The notes beneath the pieces are model-generated. The model was not told the origin of the DNA. It was given only the letters and a program-made list of their open reading frames with translations, and did not search any database. From Nemertoderma westbladi (lineage: Eukaryota > Animalia > Xenacoelomorpha), in assembly GCA_032718475.1 (NCBI GenBank), contig JAUCBJ010003124.1, forward strand, positions 1 through 33,731: a DNA stretch of 33,731 nucleotides. The letters run 5' to 3'. Below, piece after piece: positions 33,149 to 33,731 of the stretch. Every line of letters starts with the position of its first letter. The stretch's first letter is position 1. Made by a program: the position numbers and the translations under genes.

Positions 33149-33731
33149 CTAGCTAAAATGTTTGTTATGGGGGTTTTCAGGGGTGCTGATTTCATTTCCG
33201 ATGTCAGTTTTCATATGTGACATCATCCACATTGTCTGTTGGGCTGTTCAGCTGTCGATTATATTTTGGCGGACAGACAGACAGCAATTCAGACAGCCAT
33301 GGCACAGTTAAATGAAAAACTGACTGCAGTGAAATCAGTGAAATCATCGACCCAGAATACCTCTGTAACAAAATTTTCAGCTAACTTGTATGCATTCCAA
33401 CATTACAAGGGGCAGACTTTATTTAAATTACCCTTACCGTAACCATTTATATGCATTTTCTGAAGAATGCTAATTTTAAATGCAAAGGCTTTTGAAAAAC
33501 TGAACGAAGTCGTGTGAAATTTGGCATGAATGGCAACTGCGTGGTGCTTAACTACAGTATTGCCAATTTTTTAATATTCTTTGTTGCCGTAGAAATATTT
33601 AACTAAATGTGTCGATTTTTTGTCAAAAATGCAAAAATCTGTCAAAAAAAACCTGTCGCAAAACATAGGGTCGATTTAGCATGTCATCCTGCACAAATGA
33701 TAAATTTTGGGAAACCATCAATTATTAATTT

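Overview
AT-rich genomic DNA from an intron-containing eukaryote (GT-AG exons; most likely an invertebrate animal), dominated by repeats. Host-gene content: (i) one + strand NEK10-like kinase exon (161-326) with a 1-nt frameshift in the glycine-rich loop; (ii) the last three exons (6355-6723, 2844-3366, 695-2373; - strand) of a kyphoscoliosis-peptidase/hillarin-like gene whose C-terminus resembles a dynein microtubule-binding domain; (iii) two widely separated exons (28883-29062, 9917-10047; - strand) of a secreted CAP/SCP/PR-1 protein. Mobile and repeat content: a young 6565-bp LTR element (21866-28430; 547-bp LTRs differing at one position by eye; GTTAT target duplication) with a gag-like ORF but no LTR-type pol. 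It carries a 5'-truncated RTE-clade LINE reverse transcriptase and has a non-tRNA primer site complementary to its own LTR (Tf1/sushi-like self-priming geometry). Also present: a TTAA-flanked non-autonomous piggyBac-like element splitting an internally deleted LINE, a second inverted partial copy of it, several foldback MITEs, a tRNA-like cassette inside inverted repeats, a 5.1-kb 34-bp satellite and three minisatellites. All family assignments are from motif recognition by eye; no searches were run.
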